NCBI GenBank assembly: GCA_030748155.1
Contig: JASMMN010000024.1
Span: 1 to 63,184, forward strand
DNA: 63,184 nt
Origin: Phycisphaerales bacterium
Lineage (GTDB): Bacteria; Planctomycetota; Phycisphaerae; Phycisphaerales; SM1A02
Direction: 5' to 3'
The notes under the pieces were generated by a model. The model did not search any database, was not told the origin of the DNA, and saw nothing but the letters and a program-made list of their open reading frames with translations. Each line of letters begins with the position of its first letter. The first letter of the stretch is position 1. Shown one piece after another: positions 26,622 to 35,409 of the stretch. Made by a program: the position numbers and the translations under genes.

Positions 26622-27775
26622 GCGAGCCAAGCGATCCACCTCGTTTGCTGCGGCTGACCTGTCCGCCGACTCTGGGTCCCTATGTGGAGGAGGAAGTGCG
26701 GTCGCTTGGGTTCGACCCCGAATCGACTGATCGCACGGGCGTGGAAATCCGCGGCACCATGGCGGATGCCATGATGCTGAACCTGCGACTGCGAACCGCG
26801 CTGCATGTGTTGCAGCGATTTGCGGATGTTCGAGCTCGCGATGCCGAGGCGATGTACGAGGGTGCGGTTCGTCTTCCGTGGGAGCGAGTAATCGCATCCG
26901 ACGGATATGTCTCAGTCACTTCCACAGTGAGCAACGACACAATCACCAACTCGATGTTTCCGAATGTCAGGCTCAAAGACGCGATTGTCGATCGCATCAA
27001 CAGCGTCGCGGGACGCCGTCCTGATTCGGGACCCAGAAGCGATCGCGCGGTTGTGCACATGTACTGGAACGACGATCGCTGCCGCATCTACCTCGATACA
27101 TCGGGGCGAAAGTTGAGCGATCGCGGGTATCGCCGTATTCCAACGAGAGCCCCCATGCGGGAATCGCTTGCCGCGGCCGTCCTCATGGAAACGGGGTATG
27201 ACGCCTCGCAACCTCTTGTCATTCCGATGTGCGGAAGTGGCACGATCGCCATCGAGGCTGCTCTCATCGCGACGGGCCGCGTGCCGGGTCTTCTGCGTGG
27301 CAACTTTGGATTCATGCACCTGTTGACTTTCGACGAAACGGCTTGGGGGCAGGCTCGCCTTGCCGCAAAGAAGTTGCGGCATGCCCGCCCGTGTCCACCC
27401 ATCATCGCGACCGACATTGATCAGGAAGCGGTGGAGGCGTCGCGGCGAAACGCCATCACGGCGGGTGTGGAACACTTGATTGACTTTCGGGTCTGTGACT
27501 TTGCCGACACGCCGCTGCCAGATCAGCCGGGAATTATTCTTCTGCATGGCGAGTACGGCCAGCGGCTGGGTGGTGACGAGCTTGCTGGAACCTATCGGCG
27601 GATGGGTGATTTCTTCAAACAATCGTGTCCGGGGTGGGGCGGTTTCGTCTTCACCAGCCGCGATTGGGCCACCTCCGTGGGCCTGCGAGCTTCCCGCCGC
27701 GTCCCTTTCATGAATGCGGACATTGACTGCAGGCTGCTCCGCTACGAACTCTATGAGGGCAAGGGTGTATCCTGA
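26618..27775 (+). CDS. THUMP-domain class I SAM-dependent RNA methyltransferase (RlmL/YpsC, COG0116 type)
   Basis: RGYRRIPTRAPMRESLAAAVL and motif I PMCGSGTIAIEAAL. The expected NPPYGxRLG reads HGEYGQRLG. GTG overlaps the upstream stop. Confidence 0.75.
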   Translation: MSEPSDPPRLLRLTCPPTLGPYVEEEVRSLGFDPESTDRTGVEIRGTMADAMMLNLRLRTALHVLQRFADVRARDAEAMYEGAVRLPWERVIASDGYVSVTSTVSNDTITNSMFPNVRLKDAIVDRINSVAGRRPDSGPRSDRAVVHMYWNDDRCRIYLDTSGRKLSDRGYRRIPTRAPMRESLAAAVLMETGYDASQPLVIPMCGSGTIAIEAALIATGRVPGLLRGNFGFMHLLTFDETAWGQARLAAKKLRHARPCPPIIATDIDQEAVEASRRNAITAGVEHLIDFRVCDFADTPLPDQPGIILLHGEYGQRLGGDELAGTYRRMGDFFKQSCPGWGGFVFTSRDWATSVGLRASRRVPFMNADIDCRLLRYELYEGKGVS

Positions 27776-27779
27776 TGTC

Positions 27780-28136
27780 GTGGAATTCAGTACCCACGAG
27801 ATTGACAAGGACATCATGGTGCTCGTTGCTGATGGTGGGTTGAACCGGTCGAATCGGGACGAGTTCGTTGGTCAACTGGAGTCTCTCATCGACGGAGGCA
27901 TTCGCCGGATCATCGTCGACTGTTCGCAACTGGACTACATATCCAGTTACGGCATTGGCATCCTGATTTTGTTGCACAAGAAGATGGGTGAGAAGGGCGG
28001 GGATGTGAAAATCGCCTCACTGAAAGGCATCGTCGCGCAGGCGCTGCAGTTGACCGGCCTTGGCAGTTGGTTTGACATTCATCAGGATGTCAATTGTGCA
28101 CGGCTGGCCTTTCGGAACGAAGAACCAACGCCGTAG
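27780..28136 (+). CDS. STAS-domain protein (anti-sigma-factor antagonist type)
   Basis: RRIIVDCSQLDYISSYGIGILILL and KIASLKGIVAQALQLTGL. The start is uncertain: GTG at 27780 is chosen, ATG at 27753 is the alternative. Confidence 0.7.
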   Translation: MEFSTHEIDKDIMVLVADGGLNRSNRDEFVGQLESLIDGGIRRIIVDCSQLDYISSYGIGILILLHKKMGEKGGDVKIASLKGIVAQALQLTGLGSWFDIHQDVNCARLAFRNEEPTP

Positions 28137-28145
28137 GAAGGCCTC

Positions 28146-28188
28146 AAAAAATGCCGCACGGGGCTCAGGCGAACCTGGCCCCATGCGG
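28146..28188 (-). terminator. Intrinsic terminator of the ECF sigma gene
   Basis: On the minus strand, CCGCA-T-GGGGC-CAGG-ttcg-CCTG-A-GCCCC-G-TGCGG is followed by CATTTTTT. It lies 29 nt after the sigma-factor stop. Confidence 0.6.
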
Positions 28189-28216
28189 GCGGGTGGATGG
28201 CGAGTTGGCTGAATCC

Positions 28217-28732
28217 TCAGGCGGAGTGCTTGTACTCCGCGGCGGCGGCTTGGAGTTTCTTGATGCCTCGGTACTTCCAGTTATTGACCGTGGACACCGG
28301 GACGCCAAGCGAGCGAGAGACTTCTTCGTAGCTCAGACCTTCGCAGACGACCATGCGAACCGCATCGGCTTCGTGGGACGGGAGTGAAGCGAGTGCTGCA
28401 TCCACGTCGTAGTCGGGCGATGTTGGCTCGGGCCGCTGCTGGTTGCGAAGGTCGCGAACCGCATCGTCGCGAGCGGAATCGATGTACCCGTTCTGCCGCT
28501 GGTTCTTGTGGTACTGCCGCTTGATGAGGTTGTCAGCGATCTTGATGAGATAACTGCACGAGATCGTCATTTCATCGAGCCGGCGAACTTCCAGGAGTCG
28601 GGTGAAGACTTCCTGAGCGATGTCCTCGGCCGCGGCTGGGGCGAGTGAACGCCGAGCGAAGCAGAAGACGCGCTTGTAGTAGGCGTCGAAGAGTTCGAGA
28701 ACCAGGTTGGCACGTGTCGGGGTAACGGACAC
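28217..28732 (-). CDS. ECF-type sigma-70 family RNA polymerase sigma factor (171 aa)
   Basis: Region 2 is AEDIAQEVFTRLL. Region 4 is EADAVRMVVCEGLSYEEVSRSLGVPVSTVNNWKYRGIKKL. GTG at 28732 with AAGGAGAG 6 nt upstream. Confidence 0.85.
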   Translation of the reverse strand: MSVTPTRANLVLELFDAYYKRVFCFARRSLAPAAAEDIAQEVFTRLLEVRRLDEMTISCSYLIKIADNLIKRQYHKNQRQNGYIDSARDDAVRDLRNQQRPEPTSPDYDVDAALASLPSHEADAVRMVVCEGLSYEEVSRSLGVPVSTVNNWKYRGIKKLQAAAAEYKHSA

Positions 28733-29118
28733 AGCAGTCTCTCCTTGTCTAAGCGGCTTGCGACGTTCTTGGTCACAAAGTCCACGGCTCTGACAAGACC
28801 CGAAACGCCCAGCGTCTCGGGGGCCCACGAGCACGGTCGTGGGCCGGCACTTCGGCAAGGAAGTGCCTTCAGGGTCCAGATTGTCAAGGGCTCACTGATG
28901 TTCCCCGGAGTTGAGCCCGTCGGACCGGCCTCCGCCAGTCCTTCAATCGGTCCGCATGTTTCATGTGGGCGGTTGCAACATCTTGCTGCTTCACGCCCAC
29001 CATGCGGTTACATACCCCTCTACGCACTGTCTACGCATTCGTGAACTGACAAGTGCGGACAATTTTGGCTTCTTTCGTTATCGCTACACTGTGGAGCCAA
29101 TGAGGAGGGTTATCACCC

Positions 29119-29376
29119 ATGCGGCATCCTGACGCCCCGAAAAGGAAGAAGAAGCTCACGGCTGGTCATACGGTGCGACTGTTCTGTCTCTACTTGGTGA
29201 CCTTTGGCACAATCCTCGCCTTTGTGGGACTGATCGGCGGCGACAGCCTCCCGGGCTCGGGTTGGTTCATTTGGGCACTTCTGGCCGTTGCATTCATCCT
29301 GGCGATCATTGCCACGATCTCCCATGTTCGCAGCGGTGGAAAAACGCCGGTGGACGAACTCGCGGACAAGTGGTGA
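29119..29376 (+). CDS. Small membrane protein, two predicted TM helices (85 aa)
   Basis: GGAGG lies 9 nt upstream of the ATG. A basic N-terminus (KRKKK) is followed by two hydrophobic spans (LFCLYLVTFGTILAFVGLIGG; WFIWALLAVAFILAIIATI). Confidence 0.55.
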   Translation: MRHPDAPKRKKKLTAGHTVRLFCLYLVTFGTILAFVGLIGGDSLPGSGWFIWALLAVAFILAIIATISHVRSGGKTPVDELADKW

Positions 29377-29380
29377 TTGC

Positions 29381-30532
29381 GTGGGGCATCGAGTAGTTGT
29401 ACTGGGCGGGGGGATGGTGGGATCGGTCATTGCCGAGGACCTCGCCGCCGACGCATCGATAGATGTGACGGTGGCTGACATCGGGGAGGCGGCACTGGCT
29501 CGCGTCGCTGAGCGGTCCAATGGTGAAATCACTATTCGCCGGGCCGATTGCTCCGACCTATCGGTTGTCAGCGAACTGGCGTCGGAGGCGGATCTCGTCA
29601 TGGGCGCGCTTCCAAGTTGGCTGGGTTTGGCCGCCCTCGGCGCAGTCATCGAGGCCGGCAAGCCCTGTTGCGACATTTCATTCATGGCCGAGGATGCGAG
29701 GCAATGGCACGAGGCCGCGGTGAAGAGAGGCGTTGTGTGCATCGTCGACTGCGGCGTTGCCCCTGGGATGAGTAACCTCTTGGCGGCCTGCGCAGTTGGG
29801 ACGCTGGATCGTTGCGACAGCATTGACATCGTCGTCGGTGGTCTACCGAAGGTCCGGCGGTGGCCATTTGAATACAAGGCCCCATTCAGCCCACGCGATG
29901 TGATAGAGGAGTACATACGACCGGCGCGGTTGGTGGTTGACGGGCGTTTGGTTGTGCGGCCGGCACTCAGCGAGACTGAAGCGGTCGACATGCCGGGGGT
30001 TGGGACGCTCGAGGCATTCAATACCGACGGCCTGCGGAGTCTCTGCGACACGTTGGCCGTCCCCAACATGCGAGAGCGGACGATGCGGTATCCAGGGCAC
30101 GCGGAACTGATGCGAGTCTTCCGGGAGACGGGTTTGTTCAGTGAAGAAAGTCTCACGGTGGGCGATGCCACTATCAGGCCGATTGATCTCACATCCAAAC
30201 TCCTGCTCGGTCACTGGGCCTATGAACCGGGCGAGGAGGATCTCACTGTCATGCGGGTGCAGGCGGAAGGTCTGTTGGGCGACGATCTTGTTTGTCTGCA
30301 GTGGGATCTCTACGACGAATACGATCCGCAGAAGGATCAGACAAGCATGGGCCGCACGACGGCCTTCCCTGCAACTTCCTTTGCGAGGCAGATCCTGCAG
30401 GGTCATCGCAAGGTTCCGGGTGTTCATCCTCCCGAGGCATTCGGTGGCGATCCGGCGATTGTCAACAGGGTGCTGGATGACTTGGCGAAGCGCGGCGTCC
30501 ACTTCCATCGTTCCTGTGAGCCCATCCGGTGA
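29381..30532 (+). CDS. Saccharopine dehydrogenase-like NAD(P)-binding oxidoreductase
   Basis: N-terminal RVVVLGGGMVGSVIAEDL Rossmann motif. GTG at 29381, 5 nt after the upstream stop. The longer track ORF overlaps the membrane-protein gene. Confidence 0.7.
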   Translation: MGHRVVVLGGGMVGSVIAEDLAADASIDVTVADIGEAALARVAERSNGEITIRRADCSDLSVVSELASEADLVMGALPSWLGLAALGAVIEAGKPCCDISFMAEDARQWHEAAVKRGVVCIVDCGVAPGMSNLLAACAVGTLDRCDSIDIVVGGLPKVRRWPFEYKAPFSPRDVIEEYIRPARLVVDGRLVVRPALSETEAVDMPGVGTLEAFNTDGLRSLCDTLAVPNMRERTMRYPGHAELMRVFRETGLFSEESLTVGDATIRPIDLTSKLLLGHWAYEPGEEDLTVMRVQAEGLLGDDLVCLQWDLYDEYDPQKDQTSMGRTTAFPATSFARQILQGHRKVPGVHPPEAFGGDPAIVNRVLDDLAKRGVHFHRSCEPIR

Positions 30533-31596
30533 CCGTTCGCATCGGCATGATTGGCGGCGGCATGATCGCCCGCGTACATGCCAAGGCGATTGCGGAGACC
30601 GGTGGCCGTATCGTCGCCGTCTTCGATGCAGTGCAAACCAAGGCACAATCCTTTGCTGAAGAAGTCGGGTGCGAGATAGAGGGCAGCCTGGAAGGACTTC
30701 TCCGCCGCGATGATGTAGATGCCGTTGTCATTGCGGTGCCGAATGATGAGCACGCGCCGACCGCAATCGCTTCCATTGAACACGGCAAGCATGTCTTGCT
30801 TGAAAAGCCCATGGCTACAAGTCTGGACGCATGCGACGCCGTGCTTGCGGCACGAGACAATTCGGATCGGATCCTGCAACTCGGATTTGTTTGCAGGTAT
30901 GCGCCAGCCTCAGTTGCGGCGCGGCGGTTGATCGCGGATGGGGCGATTGGCTCGATCCACCATGTTCGTGCAACACTGCTGCGGCAGCGAGGCATCCCTG
31001 GTCTTGGCGGGTGGTTTACTCAGAAAACAAGGTCCGGCGGGGGTTGCCTGATTGACATCGGCGTGCACCTGATCGACCTTGTGCAGTTTCTCACTGAACC
31101 CGGTAGGGCCAAGCGTGCAAGCGGACATTGCTCAAGCCTCTTCGGCGGTGACTCGTATGTCTACGACGACATGTGGTCCGAACCACATCCCGGCGGTGTG
31201 TTCGATGTCGAGGACTCCATCCGCGCGACGGTGCATTTCGCATCCGGCCTTCGGCTTGATCTCGATGTTGCGTGGGCGACGCACCTTCCGGAAGGGGTCG
31301 TCTCGGATGGCATCGTTCTGCAGGGCGATCTTGGCGCGATGTCACTTGACATCTGGGGTGATGAACTTCTCTTGGGATGGGCCGAAGAGGGCCGCCCGGA
31401 GCGCCGTGTCGAATCGATTGATGTGTCCGATGCGTGGGATGACGCCTTTGTTGGCGAACATCGCGCATTTGCAGAGGCCATTGACACTCGACAACAACCC
31501 GTTGCCGGGGGCGAAGCGGGCCGCAGTGTGCAGGCAATCGTCGAGGCAATCTATGAATCCGACCGACGCAAAAAGGAGGTGGCGATCGTCAATTGA
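30529..31596 (+). CDS. Gfo/Idh/MocA-family oxidoreductase; 3' end defined by the palindrome axis
   Basis: IGMIGGGMIARVHAKAI and VLLEKPMATSL. GTGA overlap with the upstream gene. The last codon and the TGA (31594-31596) are completed by mirrored bases. Confidence 0.8.
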   Translation: MTVRIGMIGGGMIARVHAKAIAETGGRIVAVFDAVQTKAQSFAEEVGCEIEGSLEGLLRRDDVDAVVIAVPNDEHAPTAIASIEHGKHVLLEKPMATSLDACDAVLAARDNSDRILQLGFVCRYAPASVAARRLIADGAIGSIHHVRATLLRQRGIPGLGGWFTQKTRSGGGCLIDIGVHLIDLVQFLTEPGRAKRASGHCSSLFGGDSYVYDDMWSEPHPGGVFDVEDSIRATVHFASGLRLDLDVAWATHLPEGVVSDGIVLQGDLGAMSLDIWGDELLLGWAEEGRPERRVESIDVSDAWDDAFVGEHRAFAEAIDTRQQPVAGGEAGRSVQAIVEAIYESDRRKKEVAIVN

Positions 31597-32656
31597 CGAT
31601 CGCCACCTCCTTTTTGCGTCGGTCGGATTCATAGATTGCCTCGACGATTGCCTGCACACTGCGGCCCGCTTCGCCCCCGGCAACGGGTTGTTGTCGAGTG
31701 TCAATGGCCTCTGCAAATGCGCGATGTTCGCCAACAAAGGCGTCATCCCACGCATCGGACACATCAATCGATTCGACACGGCGCTCCGGGCGGCCCTCTT
31801 CGGCCCATCCCAAGAGAAGTTCATCACCCCAGATGTCAAGTGACATCGCGCCAAGATCGCCCTGCAGAACGATGCCATCCGAGACGACCCCTTCCGGAAG
31901 GTGCGTCGCCCACGCAACATCGAGATCAAGCCGAAGGCCGGATGCGAAATGCACCGTCGCGCGGATGGAGTCCTCGACATCGAACACACCGCCGGGATGT
32001 GGTTCGGACCACATGTCGTCGTAGACATACGAGTCACCGCCGAAGAGGCTTGAGCAATGTCCGCTTGCACGCTTGGCCCTACCGGGTTCAGTGAGAAACT
32101 GCACAAGGTCGATCAGGTGCACGCCGATGTCAATCAGGCAACCCCCGCCGGACCTTGTTTTCTGAGTAAACCACCCGCCAAGACCAGGGATGCCTCGCTG
32201 CCGCAGCAGTGTTGCACGAACATGGTGGATCGAGCCAATCGCCCCATCCGCGATCAACCGCCGCGCCGCAACTGAGGCTGGCGCATACCTGCAAACAAAT
32301 CCGAGTTGCAGGATCCGATCCGAATTGTCTCGTGCCGCAAGCACGGCGTCGCATGCGTCCAGACTTGTAGCCATGGGCTTTTCAAGCAAGACATGCTTGC
32401 CGTGTTCAATGGAAGCGATTGCGGTCGGCGCGTGCTCATCATTCGGCACCGCAATGACAACGGCATCTACATCATCGCGGCGGAGAAGTCCTTCCAGGCT
32501 GCCCTCTATCTCGCACCCGACTTCTTCAGCAAAGGATTGTGCCTTGGTTTGCACTGCATCGAAGACGGCGACGATACGGCCACCGGTCTCCGCAATCGCC
32601 TTGGCATGTACGCGGGCGATCATGCCGCCGCCAATCATGCCGATGCGAACGGTCAC
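31589..32656 (-). CDS. Gfo/Idh/MocA-family oxidoreductase (mirror copy)
   Basis: Exact mirror of 30529..31596 with identical translation in the ORF track. The two copies overlap tail-to-tail by 8 nt. Confidence 0.8.
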   Translation of the reverse strand: MTVRIGMIGGGMIARVHAKAIAETGGRIVAVFDAVQTKAQSFAEEVGCEIEGSLEGLLRRDDVDAVVIAVPNDEHAPTAIASIEHGKHVLLEKPMATSLDACDAVLAARDNSDRILQLGFVCRYAPASVAARRLIADGAIGSIHHVRATLLRQRGIPGLGGWFTQKTRSGGGCLIDIGVHLIDLVQFLTEPGRAKRASGHCSSLFGGDSYVYDDMWSEPHPGGVFDVEDSIRATVHFASGLRLDLDVAWATHLPEGVVSDGIVLQGDLGAMSLDIWGDELLLGWAEEGRPERRVESIDVSDAWDDAFVGEHRAFAEAIDTRQQPVAGGEAGRSVQAIVEAIYESDRRKKEVAIVN

Positions 32657-33804
32657 CGGATGGGCTCACAGGAACGATGGAAGTGGACGCCGCGCTTCGC
32701 CAAGTCATCCAGCACCCTGTTGACAATCGCCGGATCGCCACCGAATGCCTCGGGAGGATGAACACCCGGAACCTTGCGATGACCCTGCAGGATCTGCCTC
32801 GCAAAGGAAGTTGCAGGGAAGGCCGTCGTGCGGCCCATGCTTGTCTGATCCTTCTGCGGATCGTATTCGTCGTAGAGATCCCACTGCAGACAAACAAGAT
32901 CGTCGCCCAACAGACCTTCCGCCTGCACCCGCATGACAGTGAGATCCTCCTCGCCCGGTTCATAGGCCCAGTGACCGAGCAGGAGTTTGGATGTGAGATC
33001 AATCGGCCTGATAGTGGCATCGCCCACCGTGAGACTTTCTTCACTGAACAAACCCGTCTCCCGGAAGACTCGCATCAGTTCCGCGTGCCCTGGATACCGC
33101 ATCGTCCGCTCTCGCATGTTGGGGACGGCCAACGTGTCGCAGAGACTCCGCAGGCCGTCGGTATTGAATGCCTCGAGCGTCCCAACCCCCGGCATGTCGA
33201 CCGCTTCAGTCTCGCTGAGTGCCGGCCGCACAACCAAACGCCCGTCAACCACCAACCGCGCCGGTCGTATGTACTCCTCTATCACATCGCGTGGGCTGAA
33301 TGGGGCCTTGTATTCAAATGGCCACCGCCGGACCTTCGGTAGACCACCGACGACGATGTCAATGCTGTCGCAACGATCCAGCGTCCCAACTGCGCAGGCC
33401 GCCAAGAGGTTACTCATCCCAGGGGCAACGCCGCAGTCGACGATGCACACAACGCCTCTCTTCACCGCGGCCTCGTGCCATTGCCTCGCATCCTCGGCCA
33501 TGAATGAAATGTCGCAACAGGGCTTGCCGGCCTCGATGACTGCGCCGAGGGCGGCCAAACCCAGCCAACTTGGAAGCGCGCCCATGACGAGATCCGCCTC
33601 CGACGCCAGTTCGCTGACAACCGATAGGTCGGAGCAATCGGCCCGGCGAATAGTGATTTCACCATTGGACCGCTCAGCGACGCGAGCCAGTGCCGCCTCC
33701 CCGATGTCAGCCACCGTCACATCTATCGATGCGTCGGCGGCGAGGTCCTCGGCAATGACCGATCCCACCATCCCCCCGCCCAGTACAACTACTCGATGCC
33801 CCAC
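32653..33804 (-). CDS. Saccharopine dehydrogenase-like oxidoreductase (mirror copy)
   Basis: Exact mirror of 29381..30532. Confidence 0.7.
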   Translation of the reverse strand: MGHRVVVLGGGMVGSVIAEDLAADASIDVTVADIGEAALARVAERSNGEITIRRADCSDLSVVSELASEADLVMGALPSWLGLAALGAVIEAGKPCCDISFMAEDARQWHEAAVKRGVVCIVDCGVAPGMSNLLAACAVGTLDRCDSIDIVVGGLPKVRRWPFEYKAPFSPRDVIEEYIRPARLVVDGRLVVRPALSETEAVDMPGVGTLEAFNTDGLRSLCDTLAVPNMRERTMRYPGHAELMRVFRETGLFSEESLTVGDATIRPIDLTSKLLLGHWAYEPGEEDLTVMRVQAEGLLGDDLVCLQWDLYDEYDPQKDQTSMGRTTAFPATSFARQILQGHRKVPGVHPPEAFGGDPAIVNRVLDDLAKRGVHFHRSCEPIR

Positions 33805-33808
33805 GCAA

Positions 33809-34066
33809 TCACCACTTGTCCGCGAGTTCGTCCACCGGCGTTTTTCCACCGCTGCGAACATGGGAGATCGTGGCAATGATCGCCAGGATGAATGCAACGG
33901 CCAGAAGTGCCCAAATGAACCAACCCGAGCCCGGGAGGCTGTCGCCGCCGATCAGTCCCACAAAGGCGAGGATTGTGCCAAAGGTCACCAAGTAGAGACA
34001 GAACAGTCGCACCGTATGACCAGCCGTGAGCTTCTTCTTCCTTTTCGGGGCGTCAGGATGCCGCAT
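33809..34066 (-). CDS. Small two-TM membrane protein (mirror copy)
   Basis: Exact mirror of 29119..29376. Confidence 0.55.
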   Translation of the reverse strand: MRHPDAPKRKKKLTAGHTVRLFCLYLVTFGTILAFVGLIGGDSLPGSGWFIWALLAVAFILAIIATISHVRSGGKTPVDELADKW

Positions 34067-34452
34067 GGGTGATAACCCTCCTCATTGGCTCCACAGTGTA
34101 GCGATAACGAAAGAAGCCAAAATTGTCCGCACTTGTCAGTTCACGAATGCGTAGACAGTGCGTAGAGGGGTATGTAACCGCATGGTGGGCGTGAAGCAGC
34201 AAGATGTTGCAACCGCCCACATGAAACATGCGGACCGATTGAAGGACTGGCGGAGGCCGGTCCGACGGGCTCAACTCCGGGGAACATCAGTGAGCCCTTG
34301 ACAATCTGGACCCTGAAGGCACTTCCTTGCCGAAGTGCCGGCCCACGACCGTGCTCGTGGGCCCCCGAGACGCTGGGCGTTTCGGGTCTTGTCAGAGCCG
34401 TGGACTTTGTGACCAAGAACGTCGCAAGCCGCTTAGACAAGGAGAGACTGCT

Positions 34453-34968
34453 GTGTCCGTTACCCCGACACGTGCCAACCTGGTTCTCGAACTCTTCGAC
34501 GCCTACTACAAGCGCGTCTTCTGCTTCGCTCGGCGTTCACTCGCCCCAGCCGCGGCCGAGGACATCGCTCAGGAAGTCTTCACCCGACTCCTGGAAGTTC
34601 GCCGGCTCGATGAAATGACGATCTCGTGCAGTTATCTCATCAAGATCGCTGACAACCTCATCAAGCGGCAGTACCACAAGAACCAGCGGCAGAACGGGTA
34701 CATCGATTCCGCTCGCGACGATGCGGTTCGCGACCTTCGCAACCAGCAGCGGCCCGAGCCAACATCGCCCGACTACGACGTGGATGCAGCACTCGCTTCA
34801 CTCCCGTCCCACGAAGCCGATGCGGTTCGCATGGTCGTCTGCGAAGGTCTGAGCTACGAAGAAGTCTCTCGCTCGCTTGGCGTCCCGGTGTCCACGGTCA
34901 ATAACTGGAAGTACCGAGGCATCAAGAAACTCCAAGCCGCCGCCGCGGAGTACAAGCACTCCGCCTGA
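34453..34968 (+). CDS. ECF-type sigma factor (mirror copy)
   Basis: Exact mirror of 28217..28732. AAGGAGAG-N6-GTG can be read directly on the + strand at 34439-34455. Confidence 0.85.
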   Translation: MSVTPTRANLVLELFDAYYKRVFCFARRSLAPAAAEDIAQEVFTRLLEVRRLDEMTISCSYLIKIADNLIKRQYHKNQRQNGYIDSARDDAVRDLRNQQRPEPTSPDYDVDAALASLPSHEADAVRMVVCEGLSYEEVSRSLGVPVSTVNNWKYRGIKKLQAAAAEYKHSA

Positions 34969-34996
34969 GGATTCAGCCAACTCGCCATCCACCCGC

Positions 34997-35039
34997 CCGC
35001 ATGGGGCCAGGTTCGCCTGAGCCCCGTGCGGCATTTTTT
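34997..35039 (+). terminator. Intrinsic terminator of the ECF sigma gene (mirror copy)
   Basis: CCGCATGGGGCCAGGTTCGCCTGAGCCCCGTGCGG followed by CATTTTTT, read directly on the + strand. Confidence 0.6.
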
Positions 35040-35048
35040 GAGGCCTTC

Positions 35049-35405
35049 CTACGGCGTTGGTTCTTCGTTCCGAAAGGCCAGCCGTGCACAATTGACATCC
35101 TGATGAATGTCAAACCAACTGCCAAGGCCGGTCAACTGCAGCGCCTGCGCGACGATGCCTTTCAGTGAGGCGATTTTCACATCCCCGCCCTTCTCACCCA
35201 TCTTCTTGTGCAACAAAATCAGGATGCCAATGCCGTAACTGGATATGTAGTCCAGTTGCGAACAGTCGACGATGATCCGGCGAATGCCTCCGTCGATGAG
35301 AGACTCCAGTTGACCAACGAACTCGTCCCGATTCGACCGGTTCAACCCACCATCAGCAACGAGCACCATGATGTCCTTGTCAATCTCGTGGGTACTGAAT
35401 TCCAC
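35049..35405 (-). CDS. STAS-domain protein (mirror copy)
   Basis: Exact mirror of 27780..28136. Confidence 0.7.
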   Translation of the reverse strand: MEFSTHEIDKDIMVLVADGGLNRSNRDEFVGQLESLIDGGIRRIIVDCSQLDYISSYGIGILILLHKKMGEKGGDVKIASLKGIVAQALQLTGLGSWFDIHQDVNCARLAFRNEEPTP

Positions 35406-35409
35406 GACA

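Larger units (their letters stand above)
1..31592. repeat. Left arm of a window-spanning, zero-spacer perfect inverted repeat (31,592 nt per arm)
   Basis: Base x pairs with base 63185-x. The window start ACCGACAACGACACCGAAGG is the reverse complement of the window end. Every ORF in the six-frame track has a twin with identical translation at mirrored coordinates. The axis lies between 31592 and 31593 (GGCGATCGTCAA|TTGACGATCGCC). Confidence 0.97.

Noticed and set aside
24089-30198. Antisense ORFs 24089..24949, 26034..26897, 26912..27817 and 29113..30198
   Set aside because: These are shadow frames opposite XdhC/MocA, the sugar transferase, the THUMP methyltransferase and the saccharopine-dehydrogenase-like gene, with no motifs.
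31560-31625. Transposon-, integron- or recombinase-mediated inversion/duplication at the axis
   Set aside because: No transposase, integrase, invertase or terminal-repeat structure lies anywhere in the arm. The junction is inside a CDS and has no spacer.
31560-31625. Hairpin telomere of a linear replicon as the favoured explanation
   Set aside because: Not favoured, though not excluded. The axis cuts the last codons of an ordinary oxidoreductase gene. No protelomerase-like gene is present within 31.6 kb. The gene content is chromosomal and metabolic. It is kept as an alternative in finding 1.
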